Positions 47,982 to 58,277 of a DNA stretch of 64,000 nt are shown piece by piece. Under the pieces are notes generated by a model. That model was not told the DNA's origin, did no database searches, and worked only from the letters and a program-made list of their open reading frames with translations. The position numbers were made by a program, and so were the translations under genes. Each line of letters starts with the position of its first letter. Position 1 is the first letter of the stretch. Origin of the DNA: an uncultured Gammaproteobacteria bacterium (lineage in GTDB: Bacteria; Patescibacteriota; Microgenomatia; PFEM01; DATLAM01). The stretch is from the NCBI GenBank assembly GCA_964566925.1, contig CAZMIZ010000001.1, positions 219,968-283,967 on the forward strand. Direction: 5' to 3'.

Positions 47982-48866
47982 TTACAATTCTTCTAATTTG
48001 ACTCTTTCTTCAGCGTTTTCTTTGATTAAGTCCAAATATTTTTCGGTAGTCGAAAGGCGTTTGTGGCCAGCCAGCTTAGAAACCAAAATCACCGAAGCTC
48101 CGGTCATCAGTTGGTGGGCAATAAAGGTGTGGCGCAGGTCATTAACTTTCGCTCCCTTAATTCCGGCAATCCGAAAATAGCGATCGATCGCCGTTCTGAT
48201 ATTTCGAATTAAAAGGGGTCGGCCGGTTTTGGTTAAAAAAACGTTTTTGGTCTGGCTTTTAGTTCTCACCTCACGATAGCGATCAATAGCGCTTTTAGCT
48301 GCTTTATTCAAGGGAATGGTTCTGGCCGAGTGGGATTCATAAGCTTTGATTTGGATTTCCTTTTCTTTGATGTCGCCTAATTCCAACCGGGCCAATTCGC
48401 CAATTCTCATTCCAGTTTGTAAAAGAAGCTCGATAATGGCACTCATCCGGGGATCATCTCGGGCGCTATCGCGCAGAGCTCGATATTCCATTCTGGTGAG
48501 AATTCGAGGGGGTTTGATTTCATATTTGGGATGGGCGACTAGACTAGCAGGATCATCTTTAATTGCCCCCGAAGATTTCAGGAATCGGAAAAAGGTTTTG
48601 ACCGAATTTAATTTTCGAGAAATTGATTTAGGAGTATAGTTGTCTTCAGCCAGGGCTTTTTTGAACTCCTCGATATGTTCTTGGGTGACCGAGGTAGCTT
48701 GGGTGATTTTTCTTTTAACTAGAAAAGCGACCAGCTGCTCAATATCTTTACCATATGCTAAAATGGTAGCTGAGGCCCGGCCTTTGTCATGAAGAAAGTT
48801 GGTAAATTCTTTCTGGGCAGTTTCTAAAGAAGCAATTTCGGCTGCCATACTGCCCCATAATAGCAA
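47982..48866 (-). CDS. xerD: Tyrosine recombinase, XerC/XerD-like (start probably at MAAEIAS, 48848)
   Basis: RIGE ... HxxR ... HKRLSTTEKYLDL motifs, ~290 aa. Confidence 0.8.
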   Translation of the reverse strand: MLLWGSMAAEIASLETAQKEFTNFLHDKGRASATILAYGKDIEQLVAFLVKRKITQATSVTQEHIEEFKKALAEDNYTPKSISRKLNSVKTFFRFLKSSGAIKDDPASLVAHPKYEIKPPRILTRMEYRALRDSARDDPRMSAIIELLLQTGMRIGELARLELGDIKEKEIQIKAYESHSARTIPLNKAAKSAIDRYREVRTKSQTKNVFLTKTGRPLLIRNIRTAIDRYFRIAGIKGAKVNDLRHTFIAHQLMTGASVILVSKLAGHKRLSTTEKYLDLIKENAEERVKLEEL

Positions 48867-48894
48867 TAAAGGGGATAGCTGTCAATAAGTAAAA

Positions 48895-49248
48895 ATGCGG
48901 AAAAAACTGGTTACTTTAGCAATCTTGATTGTCGGGATTAGTCTCATAGTCAATCTTTCTCGGGATATTCTTCGTCTCCTTAAAGCCGGAGATCAAATCC
49001 AAAAAGCCGAGGAAAAATTAGAAGAACAGGAAAACGAAAATCAAGAATTAGTTGAAAAAGAGGAATATTTTCAAAGCCCGGAGTTTATTGAAGAAGAGGC
49101 ACGGAATAAACTTAATATGGCTCGGGAAGGGGAGACGATTGTCATTTTACCGCCGAACATTGAGGAAATGACCAAATGGATGAAGCCAGAAACCAAGGAA
49201 GACGATTTACCGAATTGGAAAAAGTGGTGGAATTTGTTTTTTAATTGA
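48895..49248 (+). CDS. Septum formation initiator (FtsB/DivIC-like)
   Basis: TM + coiled coil + EEEARNKLNMAREGE. Confidence 0.6.
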   Translation: MRKKLVTLAILIVGISLIVNLSRDILRLLKAGDQIQKAEEKLEEQENENQELVEKEEYFQSPEFIEEEARNKLNMAREGETIVILPPNIEEMTKWMKPETKEDDLPNWKKWWNLFFN

Positions 49249-49284
49249 ATCCTGAGCTTAATTTTGTTAAAATAGTGATAATAA

Positions 49285-49357
49285 GCGGGGTAGTGTACGG
49301 TAGCACGTGAGGCTCATAATCTCACAGACCAGGTTCAACTCCTGGCCCCGCAACCAG
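49285..49357 (+). tRNA. tRNA with CAU anticodon (Met/fMet/Ile2 ambiguous), A1xA72 mismatch, encoded CCA
   Basis: anticodon arm TGAGG-CTCATAA-TCTCA; T-arm CCAGG-TTCAACT-CCTGG. Confidence 0.8.
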
Positions 49358-49431
49358 GCAGGGTAGCTCAGTTGGTTAGAGCATCGGATTCATAAACCGA
49401 AGGTCGTGGGTTCGACTCCCACCCCTGCTAC
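49358..49431 (+). tRNA. tRNA with CAU anticodon (Met/fMet/Ile2 ambiguous), no CCA
   Basis: GGCAGGG-TA-GCTC-AGTTGGTTA-GAGC-A-TCGGA-TTCATAA-ACCGA-AGGTC-GTGGG-TTCGACT-CCCAC-CCCTGCT-A. Confidence 0.8.
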
Positions 49432-49624
49432 AATTGACTTTATTTAGCAAGGTTGGTAGAATATCTTTTATCATGGGTTTCAATTTGTTTTTCCAAGTTG
49501 AGTATTGGCACACAAACCGCATTTAATTGCTGTTGGCGGTTTTTTGGTGCCAAAGCCATGAGATAATAAAAACAAAATCTAAAACCAGGACTCGCCAACA
49601 GGCGAGTTTTTTATTGGGAAAATT

Positions 49625-50317
49625 ATGAAGAAAAACAAAGTTATTGGTGTTCTTGGAGGAATGGGGCCTCAGGCGACCGTCGATTTTTACCGACGGCTGA
49701 TTTCTCTTGCCCAAAAAGAGTTTGACGCCAGAAATGGTAAAGACTTCCCTTTTATTTTGATTTTTAATATTTCACCCCCAGATATCATTTCCGGAAAGAA
49801 CAGGAGGATATTGCCTTTTCTGGAAGAAGGAGTGAAAAGACTTGAGGAAGGAGAGGCCGATTTTATTGTTATTCCATGTAATACCGTCCATGTTTTTATC
49901 AATGAATTAAAAAAAACCGTGACGATACCGATTTTGAGTCTTATTGAAGAGACGATAAGATCAGTTAGGAATAAAGGTTTAAAAAGAGTCGGAATTTTAG
50001 GGACTAAAACAACAATAAAAGAGGAAATTTATCAAGAAAAACTTGAGAAGTTTAAGATTAAATCCATAGTTCCTGGGAAAGCTGATCTTAGACAACTGGT
50101 GGAGATTATTTCAAGAGTTATTGCTGGAGAAAGAAAAGAAGAGGACAAAGATTTTATTCTTGCCCTAATAAATAAAATGGTTAATCAGGGAGCCCAAGGA
50201 ATTATTTTGGGTTGCACTGAAATACCACTAATTATTAAGCAAGAAGATGTTAATGTGCCCATCTTTGATACATTAGAGATATTGGCAAAAGTTTGCTTAA
50301 TGAGATACTATAAGTAA
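49625..50317 (+). CDS. Aspartate/glutamate racemase family protein
   Basis: VIGVLGGMGPQAT ... GCTEIP. Confidence 0.75.
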   Translation: MKKNKVIGVLGGMGPQATVDFYRRLISLAQKEFDARNGKDFPFILIFNISPPDIISGKNRRILPFLEEGVKRLEEGEADFIVIPCNTVHVFINELKKTVTIPILSLIEETIRSVRNKGLKRVGILGTKTTIKEEIYQEKLEKFKIKSIVPGKADLRQLVEIISRVIAGERKEEDKDFILALINKMVNQGAQGIILGCTEIPLIIKQEDVNVPIFDTLEILAKVCLMRYYK

Positions 50318-50329
50318 AGGAGAGAATTT

Positions 50330-51322
50330 ATGAAAAAGCGAGTTTTTTCAGGTTCAAGACCGTCTGGTAAGCTCCATATAGGAAATTATTTAGGTGGGTT
50401 AAAAGGCTATTTAGCTCTCCAAGAAAAAGAAGATTTGGATTGCATCTACAGCGTGGTTGACCTACATGGGATTACCACTCCTTATAACCCTAAAGCCTTT
50501 CAGAAAAATATTCGAGAGGTAGCTTTGGATTATCTTGGGGCTGGTTTAGACCCTAAAAAATGCCATCTTCTAGTCCAATCCCAAATTCCGGAGCATCTTG
50601 AGTTGGCTTATCTTTTCTCCACCATCTATCCGGTTTCCCGACTAGAACAGCTGCCAACCTATAAAGAAAAAAAGGCTCAGTTTCCCAAAAATGTCAATTT
50701 AGGCCTCTTGTATTATCCGATTTTAATGGCGGCCGATATCTTGGTTTACAAAGCTGAATTGGTGCCGGTCGGGATTGATCAGGAGCCGCATTTAGAAGTT
50801 ACCCGGGAAATTGCTAGGCGGTTTAATAGAATATTCCATCCGCCAGCCGGCGGATTCCCTGAAATCCAGCGGTTTGCCACCAAAGGTGAGCATGTTCCCT
50901 CTTTGATCGGGGAAGGGAAGATGAGTAAAAGTGTAGAGGGGAGCCAGATTCTTTTAACTGATGACTTGAAGATGATCAAACAGAGATTAGCTAAAGCGCC
51001 TACTGATGCTGGCCGCGGAAAGAAAATTCCTAAAAAGGGTGGGGTGGCCAATTTGTTAATTTTGGTTGAGCTTTTTATGGGCCAAAAGGCGAGGCAGGAT
51101 TATGAGAAACAATATCTGGGCAGGGGAATTAAATACGCTGAGCTTAAAGAAAAATTAGCCCAGGCGATTTATGAAGAGCTGAGACCGATTCAAAAACGGC
51201 GAAGATATTTTGAAGAGCACCCTCAAGAAGTGGATCAGATTTTGGAAGAGGGAAGAAAATATTGCTCTAAAATCGCTAAGGCCACTCTTGCCGAAGCCAA
51301 AAAGGCGATGGGATTGGTTTAG
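50330..51322 (+). CDS. trpS: Tryptophan--tRNA ligase
   Basis: SGSRPSGKLHIGNY ... KMSKS. Confidence 0.9.
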   Translation: MKKRVFSGSRPSGKLHIGNYLGGLKGYLALQEKEDLDCIYSVVDLHGITTPYNPKAFQKNIREVALDYLGAGLDPKKCHLLVQSQIPEHLELAYLFSTIYPVSRLEQLPTYKEKKAQFPKNVNLGLLYYPILMAADILVYKAELVPVGIDQEPHLEVTREIARRFNRIFHPPAGGFPEIQRFATKGEHVPSLIGEGKMSKSVEGSQILLTDDLKMIKQRLAKAPTDAGRGKKIPKKGGVANLLILVELFMGQKARQDYEKQYLGRGIKYAELKEKLAQAIYEELRPIQKRRRYFEEHPQEVDQILEEGRKYCSKIAKATLAEAKKAMGLV

Positions 51323-51335
51323 TCTTTAACTTTCA

Positions 51336-51782
51336 ATGACCAACCAGCAAGACACAGAAAGAGAGCATTTTCAAGCTGTCATTGAGGAAGCTACTCCTGG
51401 CGATCATCTTCTCATCTTAGACCAAGCGATTAATGAGCTGGATCGGGGAGTGTCCCTATTTCAAAATGAAGAAGTTACAGGCTTAGGTTTATATTCCCAG
51501 GTGGTTGAGGCCTGGAGGCTTGTTGATAAAGAAGAGGTTCTAAGAAAAGCGGTTGAAGAAGAGATGGAGGCAATCCGAAAAGACCCTAAGAAGATGGCCG
51601 AATATGATATTCCGACCAACGTTGAAGGTGATCCGGTGAGGCAGTTTTTCAACCCAAACTGCTGGGCAGGGAGAATGACTAAGGGGAGGGAAGAGGAATT
51701 TGTTATGGAAAGAATAGGAGGGCTAAGAGAGTTTTTCATCAGCTTGAAAAGCGGCTTAAACCAGAGTAGAAGCGAATCTTAA
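51336..51782 (+). CDS. Hypothetical acidic protein
   Basis: 148-aa ORF. Confidence 0.45.
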   Translation: MTNQQDTEREHFQAVIEEATPGDHLLILDQAINELDRGVSLFQNEEVTGLGLYSQVVEAWRLVDKEEVLRKAVEEEMEAIRKDPKKMAEYDIPTNVEGDPVRQFFNPNCWAGRMTKGREEEFVMERIGGLREFFISLKSGLNQSRSES

Positions 51783-51802
51783 TTTGTGGTAAAATTCTTC
51801 TG

Positions 51803-53674
51803 ATGGCGGATCAAAACCCGAGGCAAAGAATGCCCCAAATTCCAGGCAGAGGCCCAATTAAGAAATTTGAACTCCGTTTTAATTTAAAAACGATTCTTAT
51901 TTGGTTGCTGATTATTTTTGTTGGCCTTTCCTTTTTCTTTTCCTTTTCTACCCAACCCACGACCGACGAGGAAATTGCTTTATCAAAAGCTTTAACCGAT
52001 ATTAAGGAAGGTAAAACCAAAAAAGTCTTGGTTGAGGACGATAAGCTTTTATTAACCTACCAGGATGAAGCTGAGGCTTTTTCTCGAAAAGAGGCTGGCC
52101 AAAGCTTTACGGAAATCTTAAAAGATGCCGAAATTGACCCTAAAAGTATCAATTTAGAGATTAAGGATACCAGTCTTTCCAAGGCCTGGGTCGAGATTTT
52201 GGGCACCCTTTTACCTCTCGGTTTAATGGCTGTTTTTTTCTTCTGGATTTTTCGTCAAGCCCGAGGGGCTCAAGATAGCCTTTTTACTTTCGGTCGTTCA
52301 GGCGCCAGGCTTTTTGCTAAGGGCAAACAGAAATTTACCTTTGAGGATGTGGCCGGGGTAGAGGAGGCTAAAAAAGAGCTCGAAGAAGTCGTTGACTTTC
52401 TTAAACACCCGGCCAAATATCGTCGTTTGGGAGCCAGAACGCCAAAAGGAGTTCTTTTAGTTGGCCCTTCAGGCACAGGCAAAACTCTTTTAGCTAAAGC
52501 CGTTGCCGGCGAGGCTAACGTGCCCTTTTTTAGTATGGCTGGCTCTGAGTTTATGGAGATGTTGGTTGGTGTGGGCGCCAGTCGGGTTAGAGATCTCTTC
52601 AATAACGCTAAAAAGGCGGCGCCGGCGATTATCTTTATTGATGAGATTGATGCCATTGGCCGGCAAAGAGGTTTAGGACTTAGCGGCGGCCATGACGAAC
52701 GAGAACAAACCTTAAATCAGATTTTAGTGGAAATGGATGGTTTTACCCCGAATGATAACGTGATCGTTTTAGCGGCTACTAACCGGGGTGATCTTTTGGA
52801 TCCAGCCCTGCTTCGGCCCGGCCGATTTGATCGCCGGATTGCTTTGGACATGCCCGATCTTGAAGATCGGGAAGCCATTATCAAAATTCATGCCCGAGGG
52901 AAACCTTTTGTTAAAGCGATTTCTTGGAAGACGGTGGCCAAAAGAACCGTGGGTTTTTCCGGGGCCGATATTGAAAACATGCTTAACGAAGCCGCCATTT
53001 TAGCGGCCCGAGGCGACAAGAAAGTGATCAATATGGAAGATATTGAAGAGGCAGCGACTAAGGTTAAACTGGGCCCAGAGAAAAAGCGCCTCCAGTCTGA
53101 TGAAGAAAGAAAAATGACCGCCTATCACGAGGCCGGTCATGCCGTTGTCACCCACAGGTTGCCCCACATGGATCCGGTTCACCGAATTTCGATTGTTTCT
53201 CGAGGCTTGGCCATGGGCTTTACCCTGATCCCGCCCAAAAAAGATCGTTATACTGAAACGAAAACTCATCTTTTAGAAACGATTGCCTCCCTTTTGGGTG
53301 GTCGAGCCGCCGAAGGGATGATTTTTAATGAATTTACGGCCGGGGCGGCTTCGGATATTGACAAGGCCACCCGGATTGCCCGAAGGATGGTGGTGGACTT
53401 TGGGATGAGTGAATTAGGGCCAGTTTATCTTGGGCCTCAGATTGAAGAGACTGAATATGGTCGAACTTTTTTCCAGCCTTCAGAAATCAGTCCCAAGATG
53501 CAAGCCAGAGTTGATGAGGAGGTTAAAAGAATTGTGGACGAGGGTTATAAAAGAGCTTTAGGCGTTTTAAAGAAAAATAAGAAGAAGCTCGACCTAATCG
53601 CCAGAAAACTTTTAGATCAGGAAACAATTGAAGGGGAGGAATTTGAAAAACTGATGGGAAAGAAAAAAGTCTAA
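51803..53674 (+). CDS. ftsH: ATP-dependent zinc metalloprotease FtsH
   Basis: [19 protein letters not shown]. Confidence 0.9.
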   Translation: MADQNPRQRMPQIPGRGPIKKFELRFNLKTILIWLLIIFVGLSFFFSFSTQPTTDEEIALSKALTDIKEGKTKKVLVEDDKLLLTYQDEAEAFSRKEAGQSFTEILKDAEIDPKSINLEIKDTSLSKAWVEILGTLLPLGLMAVFFFWIFRQARGAQDSLFTFGRSGARLFAKGKQKFTFEDVAGVEEAKKELEEVVDFLKHPAKYRRLGARTPKGVLLVGPSGTGKTLLAKAVAGEANVPFFSMAGSEFMEMLVGVGASRVRDLFNNAKKAAPAIIFIDEIDAIGRQRGLGLSGGHDEREQTLNQILVEMDGFTPNDNVIVLAATNRGDLLDPALLRPGRFDRRIALDMPDLEDREAIIKIHARGKPFVKAISWKTVAKRTVGFSGADIENMLNEAAILAARGDKKVINMEDIEEAATKVKLGPEKKRLQSDEERKMTAYHEAGHAVVTHRLPHMDPVHRISIVSRGLAMGFTLIPPKKDRYTETKTHLLETIASLLGGRAAEGMIFNEFTAGAASDIDKATRIARRMVVDFGMSELGPVYLGPQIEETEYGRTFFQPSEISPKMQARVDEEVKRIVDEGYKRALGVLKKNKKKLDLIARKLLDQETIEGEEFEKLMGKKKV

Positions 53675-53706
53675 ACCCTTCTGTGCACCTGTGTTAAAAT
53701 AGCTTC

Positions 53707-54627
53707 ATGAAGCGCCTTGTTTTAATTGACGGCCACGCTATCCTTCATCGAGCTTATTACGCTTTTCCGCCCACCCTAAAAACACGCCGGGGAGAACTGG
53801 TCAATGCCGTTTATGGTTTCACCCGGATGCTTTTAACCGTTCTTAAAGATCTTCATCCGGAATACGTAGCCGTGGCCTTTGATTTGCCTGAGCCAACCTT
53901 TCGCCATCAAGAATTTATTGGTTATCAAGCCCAGCGGCCAAAAATGGACTCCGAGCTTAAAGATCAAATCGAACGGGTAGAGGAAGTCGTCCGAACCTTA
54001 AATATTCCTGCTTTTGCGGTCAAAGGTTTTGAAGCCGACGACGTCATCGGCACCCTGGCTAAACAGGCAGCCAAAAAGAAGGTTGAGGCAGTGATCGTCA
54101 CTGGCGATCGAGATATTATGCAGCTGGTGAATTCTAAAGTTAAAGTTTATGCGCCTCTTAAGGGCTTTTCTCAAGCCAAACTTTTTGGGAAAAAAGATGT
54201 TCAAGCGCTTTTAGACGTTAAACCAGAACAGATTGTTGACTACAAAGCGATGGTTGGTGACCCCTCAGATAACTATCCAGGCGTTCCTGGCATTGGTCCG
54301 AAAACCGCTTCTAAACTACTTTCCCGATATCAAGATTGGGATACTATTTATAGAAACATTAAGAAAATCGAACCGCCAATAGCCAGGAGGTTAACTGAAG
54401 GTAGAGAATCTGGCAGGCTTTCTCGAAAACTAGCCGAAATTGTGACGAATGTTCCTATTAAGCTAAACCTTAAAGCTTGTTTGGTTCATGATTATGATCA
54501 CGAAAAGGCAAAGAAATTGTTTGAAGAATTAGAATTCAAGAGTTTGATTGAAAAACTCCCGGGAATGAAAAAGGAAGAAAAAAGGACAAGAAAAAAGTTT
54601 ACCAATGAACAGATGAAATTAGTGTGA
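53707..54627 (+). CDS. 5'-3' exonuclease (Pol I N-terminal-domain homolog / FEN)
   Basis: LIDGHAILHRAYYAF ... TGDRD. Confidence 0.85.
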   Translation: MKRLVLIDGHAILHRAYYAFPPTLKTRRGELVNAVYGFTRMLLTVLKDLHPEYVAVAFDLPEPTFRHQEFIGYQAQRPKMDSELKDQIERVEEVVRTLNIPAFAVKGFEADDVIGTLAKQAAKKKVEAVIVTGDRDIMQLVNSKVKVYAPLKGFSQAKLFGKKDVQALLDVKPEQIVDYKAMVGDPSDNYPGVPGIGPKTASKLLSRYQDWDTIYRNIKKIEPPIARRLTEGRESGRLSRKLAEIVTNVPIKLNLKACLVHDYDHEKAKKLFEELEFKSLIEKLPGMKKEEKRTRKKFTNEQMKLV

Positions 54628-54628
54628 A

Positions 54629-55780
54629 ATGAAAGTTGCTCTGGTCCATGATTATTTAAAGGAGTATGGTGGTGCCGAACGGGTGCTTTGGGCGCTTCAT
54701 GAAATTTGGCCTGAAGCCCCGATCTATACGGCTTTTTGTCATAAAAATTCTGCGGCCGGGAGGGCTTTTACTGATGTCCGGATCATTGAATCTTGGCTGG
54801 CGCCCTTAATAAAATTCAAAAATCTTTACAGTCCTTTGCGATTTTTAACCCCCTTGATTTGGAAAAGTTTTGATCTTTCTGCTTACGATTTAGTAATCAG
54901 TTCTGCCTCTTGGTATATTACCCGAGGTTTTAGAGTGGACCCGCCTATCGGCCTGTCTGCCGACAAGGCAGGCGAGGCAGGCCGGAAGACTAAAGTAATT
55001 TGTTATTGTCACACCCCACCACGCTATTTATACGGTTATCCCACCTCAATTGAATGGCGGCGCTATTGGCCTTTAAGGGTTTATGGCTTAATTGTAAATC
55101 ATTTTTTAAGGCTTTATGATTTCCAAACCGCTCAGCAAGTAGATGAATTTATTGCCAATTCAAAAAATGTAGCCTCCAGAATAAAGAAATTCTATCGTCG
55201 TGAGGCCACCGTTATTTATCCGCCGGTTGAGACAGAAAAGATTATTCAAGCAACTAAAAAACTTAGACCAAAAGATTATTATTTGATTGCTTCTCGGGTG
55301 GTAGGCGCTAAAGGGATTGAATTAGCGGTTGAGGCGGCCAAAAAGGCAGGAGTAAAATTAAAGATTGTTGGCGAACCGGCTGGATTGCGGTGGTTTGGGA
55401 AAAATTTAGAGAGTTTAAAAGGAAAGGGGATTGAGCTTTTAGGAAGAGTTCCGGATAAGGATCTTTATCACTATTACGGTCAATGTAAAGCTTTTCTAGC
55501 TTTGGCCACCGATGAAGATTTTGGGGTCACTCCAGTAGAGGCCATGGCCGCTGGTCGGCCGGTGATTGCTTTTCAGGGTGGGGGTTATCTAGAATCAGTG
55601 GTGGAAGGAAAAACCGGACTCTTTTTTGATTTGCCTAAAGTTGAATCCCTAGCCTCGGTTTTGAAAGAATTTAAACCAGGAAAATTCAAACCAGAGGATT
55701 GTCGAGCCCGAGCAAAGAAATTTTCTAAAGAGCGATTTAAGAAAGAGATTAAGCAATTTATTAAGGAGAAAAATGCCTGA
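54629..55780 (+). CDS. Glycosyltransferase family 4
   Basis: C-terminal EDFGVTPVEAMAAGRPVIA. Confidence 0.8.
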   Translation: MKVALVHDYLKEYGGAERVLWALHEIWPEAPIYTAFCHKNSAAGRAFTDVRIIESWLAPLIKFKNLYSPLRFLTPLIWKSFDLSAYDLVISSASWYITRGFRVDPPIGLSADKAGEAGRKTKVICYCHTPPRYLYGYPTSIEWRRYWPLRVYGLIVNHFLRLYDFQTAQQVDEFIANSKNVASRIKKFYRREATVIYPPVETEKIIQATKKLRPKDYYLIASRVVGAKGIELAVEAAKKAGVKLKIVGEPAGLRWFGKNLESLKGKGIELLGRVPDKDLYHYYGQCKAFLALATDEDFGVTPVEAMAAGRPVIAFQGGGYLESVVEGKTGLFFDLPKVESLASVLKEFKPGKFKPEDCRARAKKFSKERFKKEIKQFIKEKNA

Positions 55781-56588
55781 ATTACCTGAGGTGGAAACTA
55801 TACGTAGGGATTTAAATAGATTAATTGTTGACAGGAAGATTTTGGAAATCACTACTGATTCGCCGAAGCAGGTTCAGCCTTCATTGGCCGAAGTTAAAAA
55901 GGCGATTGTCGGGACAAAGATTAAAAAGATTAAAAGGCGGGCTAAAGTTCTTCAGATTTTCCTCTCTAATGACCAGATTTTGGCGGTTCATCTTAAGTTA
56001 ACCGGCCGGCTTTTGGTAAGAAAAGAGGGGACACCTGAAGATGATTGGCAGCATGTGACGATCAGCTTAAGCGGTAAAAAAGAACTACGCTTCGCTGATT
56101 TACGCAAGTTTGGTTGGATAAGGCTGCTTAAAAACCAAAAACAATTGGAAAAATTGTTAATTGAATTCGGGCCAGAGCCTTTGGACAATCTTAGTTCAAA
56201 GCTTTTTAAAGAGATTCTTGCCAAAACTAGCCGAGCTATCAAAATTGTTCTCATGGATCAAAAAAGAATTGCCGGTGTCGGCAATATTTATGCCAATGAC
56301 GCTCTCTTTTTGGCTAAAATTGATCCCCGGAGGCCAGCCAATAAAGTGACTGAAAAAGAAACCGAAAAGCTTTTTAAGGCGATTGAAAAGGTTTTGCGAG
56401 CGGGAATTAAATATCGCGGCGCTTCAGACCAATATTATCTCGATGCTTTGGGCCGAAAAGGCGCCTATCAAGATCACTTTCTTACCTACGGCCGGCAAGG
56501 GAAAAAATGTTTTGATTGTCAGGGAGAGATTAAAAAAATTAAGCTAGGTGGCCGGGGAACGTTTTTCTGTCCCGCCTGCCAGAGGTAG
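55773..56588 (+). CDS. mutM: Formamidopyrimidine-DNA glycosylase
   Basis: MPELPEVET; C-terminal CxxC...CPACQ. Confidence 0.85.
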   Translation: MPELPEVETIRRDLNRLIVDRKILEITTDSPKQVQPSLAEVKKAIVGTKIKKIKRRAKVLQIFLSNDQILAVHLKLTGRLLVRKEGTPEDDWQHVTISLSGKKELRFADLRKFGWIRLLKNQKQLEKLLIEFGPEPLDNLSSKLFKEILAKTSRAIKIVLMDQKRIAGVGNIYANDALFLAKIDPRRPANKVTEKETEKLFKAIEKVLRAGIKYRGASDQYYLDALGRKGAYQDHFLTYGRQGKKCFDCQGEIKKIKLGGRGTFFCPACQR

Positions 56589-56591
56589 GTT

Positions 56592-57650
56592 ATGACTTTA
56601 AATCGACTTCGTCTCCAAAATTTTCGCAGCTTCCTTAAAAAGGAGCTTCAGTTGTCTTCAGGCGTGACTTTAATTGTCGGGCCGAACACTTCGGGTAAAA
56701 CCAATCTTTTGGAAGCCATTTACCTTTTAGCGACTGGCAAAAGCCTTCGGGCGGGCGTTGAGCGAGAGATGATTAACTATGGCAAGGAAATTGCCAGGGT
56801 TAAAGGCCGAGTCAAGAATTCAGAAATTAATGACTTAGAAATCATTTTAACCACTGGCCAGGTAGCTGGCGAGCGAGCGGCTAAAAAAAGATATTTAGTT
56901 AACGGGGTAGGAAAAAGAATGGTTGATTTCGTTGGTAGATTGCGCTGTGTTTTCTTTGGACCAGAAGACTTAGAGATTATTATTAATAGTCCTTCAATCC
57001 GCCGGGCCTATCTTGATTCAGTTTTAGAACAAGTTGATAAGGATTATCGCCGAGCCAGTCTTTCCTATCAAAAAGGGTTGCGGCAGAGAAACAGGTTGTT
57101 AGAACAGATTAAGGATGAGGGTAAACCAAGGTCAATTCTCTTTTTCTGGGATAAACTTTTACTTGAGAATGGTGAGATTATTACCCAAAAGCGGGCAGAA
57201 TTTATTGAATTTATCAATCAACAGCCTGATTTTTTCGGCGACCTTCAGCTTAACTACGATAAAAGTATTATTTCCCCCCAGAGATTGGAAAAATATAAAC
57301 GAGAGGAAATAGCCGCTGGGATGACTTTGGTGGGGCCACATCGAGATGACTTTGTCATCGGTATTAAGAACAAGAAATTAAAAATCAGGAATTTACATAC
57401 CTTTGGCTCAAGAGGGGAGCAGAGAACAGCCGTTTTTAGTCTAAAATTGGCTGAGATGGAATATATTACTGAGAAGACTGAAACCAGACCGGTGCTTTTA
57501 CTGGACGACATCTTTTCTGAGCTTGATCACGAACGAAGAAAAAGGCTTTTGGAGGTAATTCCTAAACAACAAACCTTAATGACGACCACCGATATCCATC
57601 TAGTTGATCCTGCCTATAGGAGAAAGGTGGCCAAGATTGAGTTGAAGTAA
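56592..57650 (+). CDS. recF: DNA replication/repair protein RecF
   Basis: LQNFRSF ... GPNTSGKTNLLEAI ... LLLDDIFSELD. Confidence 0.85.
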   Translation: MTLNRLRLQNFRSFLKKELQLSSGVTLIVGPNTSGKTNLLEAIYLLATGKSLRAGVEREMINYGKEIARVKGRVKNSEINDLEIILTTGQVAGERAAKKRYLVNGVGKRMVDFVGRLRCVFFGPEDLEIIINSPSIRRAYLDSVLEQVDKDYRRASLSYQKGLRQRNRLLEQIKDEGKPRSILFFWDKLLLENGEIITQKRAEFIEFINQQPDFFGDLQLNYDKSIISPQRLEKYKREEIAAGMTLVGPHRDDFVIGIKNKKLKIRNLHTFGSRGEQRTAVFSLKLAEMEYITEKTETRPVLLLDDIFSELDHERRKRLLEVIPKQQTLMTTTDIHLVDPAYRRKVAKIELK

Positions 57651-57660
57651 GTTAAAATGT

Positions 57661-58227
57661 ATGATTAAGAAAATGAAGATAGTTGGCATTGGTGGAAGCC
57701 CGAGAAAAAAGAGTAATTCTACTCAAATGGTAGAAGAGGTTCTCCGAGGAGCAGCAGATGCTGGCGCAAAAACAAAACTTATTAAAGTTGTTGATTTAAA
57801 CTTAAAATATTGTGATGGCTGTCTGGTTTGTGACCAGACAGGAAAATGCCATTTTGGAGATAGGGGAAACAAGATTAATGAAGAACTTGTCCAAGCTGAT
57901 GGGTTGGTAATTGGTACGCCTGACAGATTCGACAACGTTTCTGGGCATTTAAAGAATTTCATTGATCGCACTAATCCTTTAGCAGCAAAAGAGAGGCTTA
58001 AAGGGAAAAAGGCCGTTTTGGTAACGACCGGATACTGGCATGATGATACTTCCAGAGAAAGAGCTTTAGCCTGCTTGGAACATTTTTGCGAAGCTCATGG
58101 AGTAAAGGTAACCGATAAAGTGGGCGTTTACGAGAAAAGCGGAAAGCCCGGAATGATAGCTAAAGAGAAAAAGGTTTTAGACTTTTGCCGAAAAACAGGA
58201 CAGAGGTTAGCTAGGTTTCTAAGTTAG
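57661..58227 (+). CDS. NADPH-dependent FMN reductase/iron-sulfur flavoprotein-like
   Basis: IVGIGGSPRK ... CDGCLVCDQTGKC. Confidence 0.65.
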   Translation: MIKKMKIVGIGGSPRKKSNSTQMVEEVLRGAADAGAKTKLIKVVDLNLKYCDGCLVCDQTGKCHFGDRGNKINEELVQADGLVIGTPDRFDNVSGHLKNFIDRTNPLAAKERLKGKKAVLVTTGYWHDDTSRERALACLEHFCEAHGVKVTDKVGVYEKSGKPGMIAKEKKVLDFCRKTGQRLARFLS

Positions 58228-58257
58228 CCTTTTTTCTTCTCTGACTTTTCCGCCACC
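58228..58257 (+). repeat. Direct repeat copy 1 (CCTTTTTTCTTCTCTGACTTTTCCGCCACC)
   Basis: ~27/30 identical to 59175-59204. Confidence 0.75.
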
Positions 58258-58277
58258 TTTTATGATAAAATCTGGCT

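Noticed and set aside
47982-48866. Tyrosine recombinase as integrase of a mobile element at the tRNA-Ile
   Set aside because: Size and motifs fit housekeeping XerC/D, and the flanking genes (ftsB-like, tRNAs, racemase, trpS) are core; only an 11-nt repeat supports mobility
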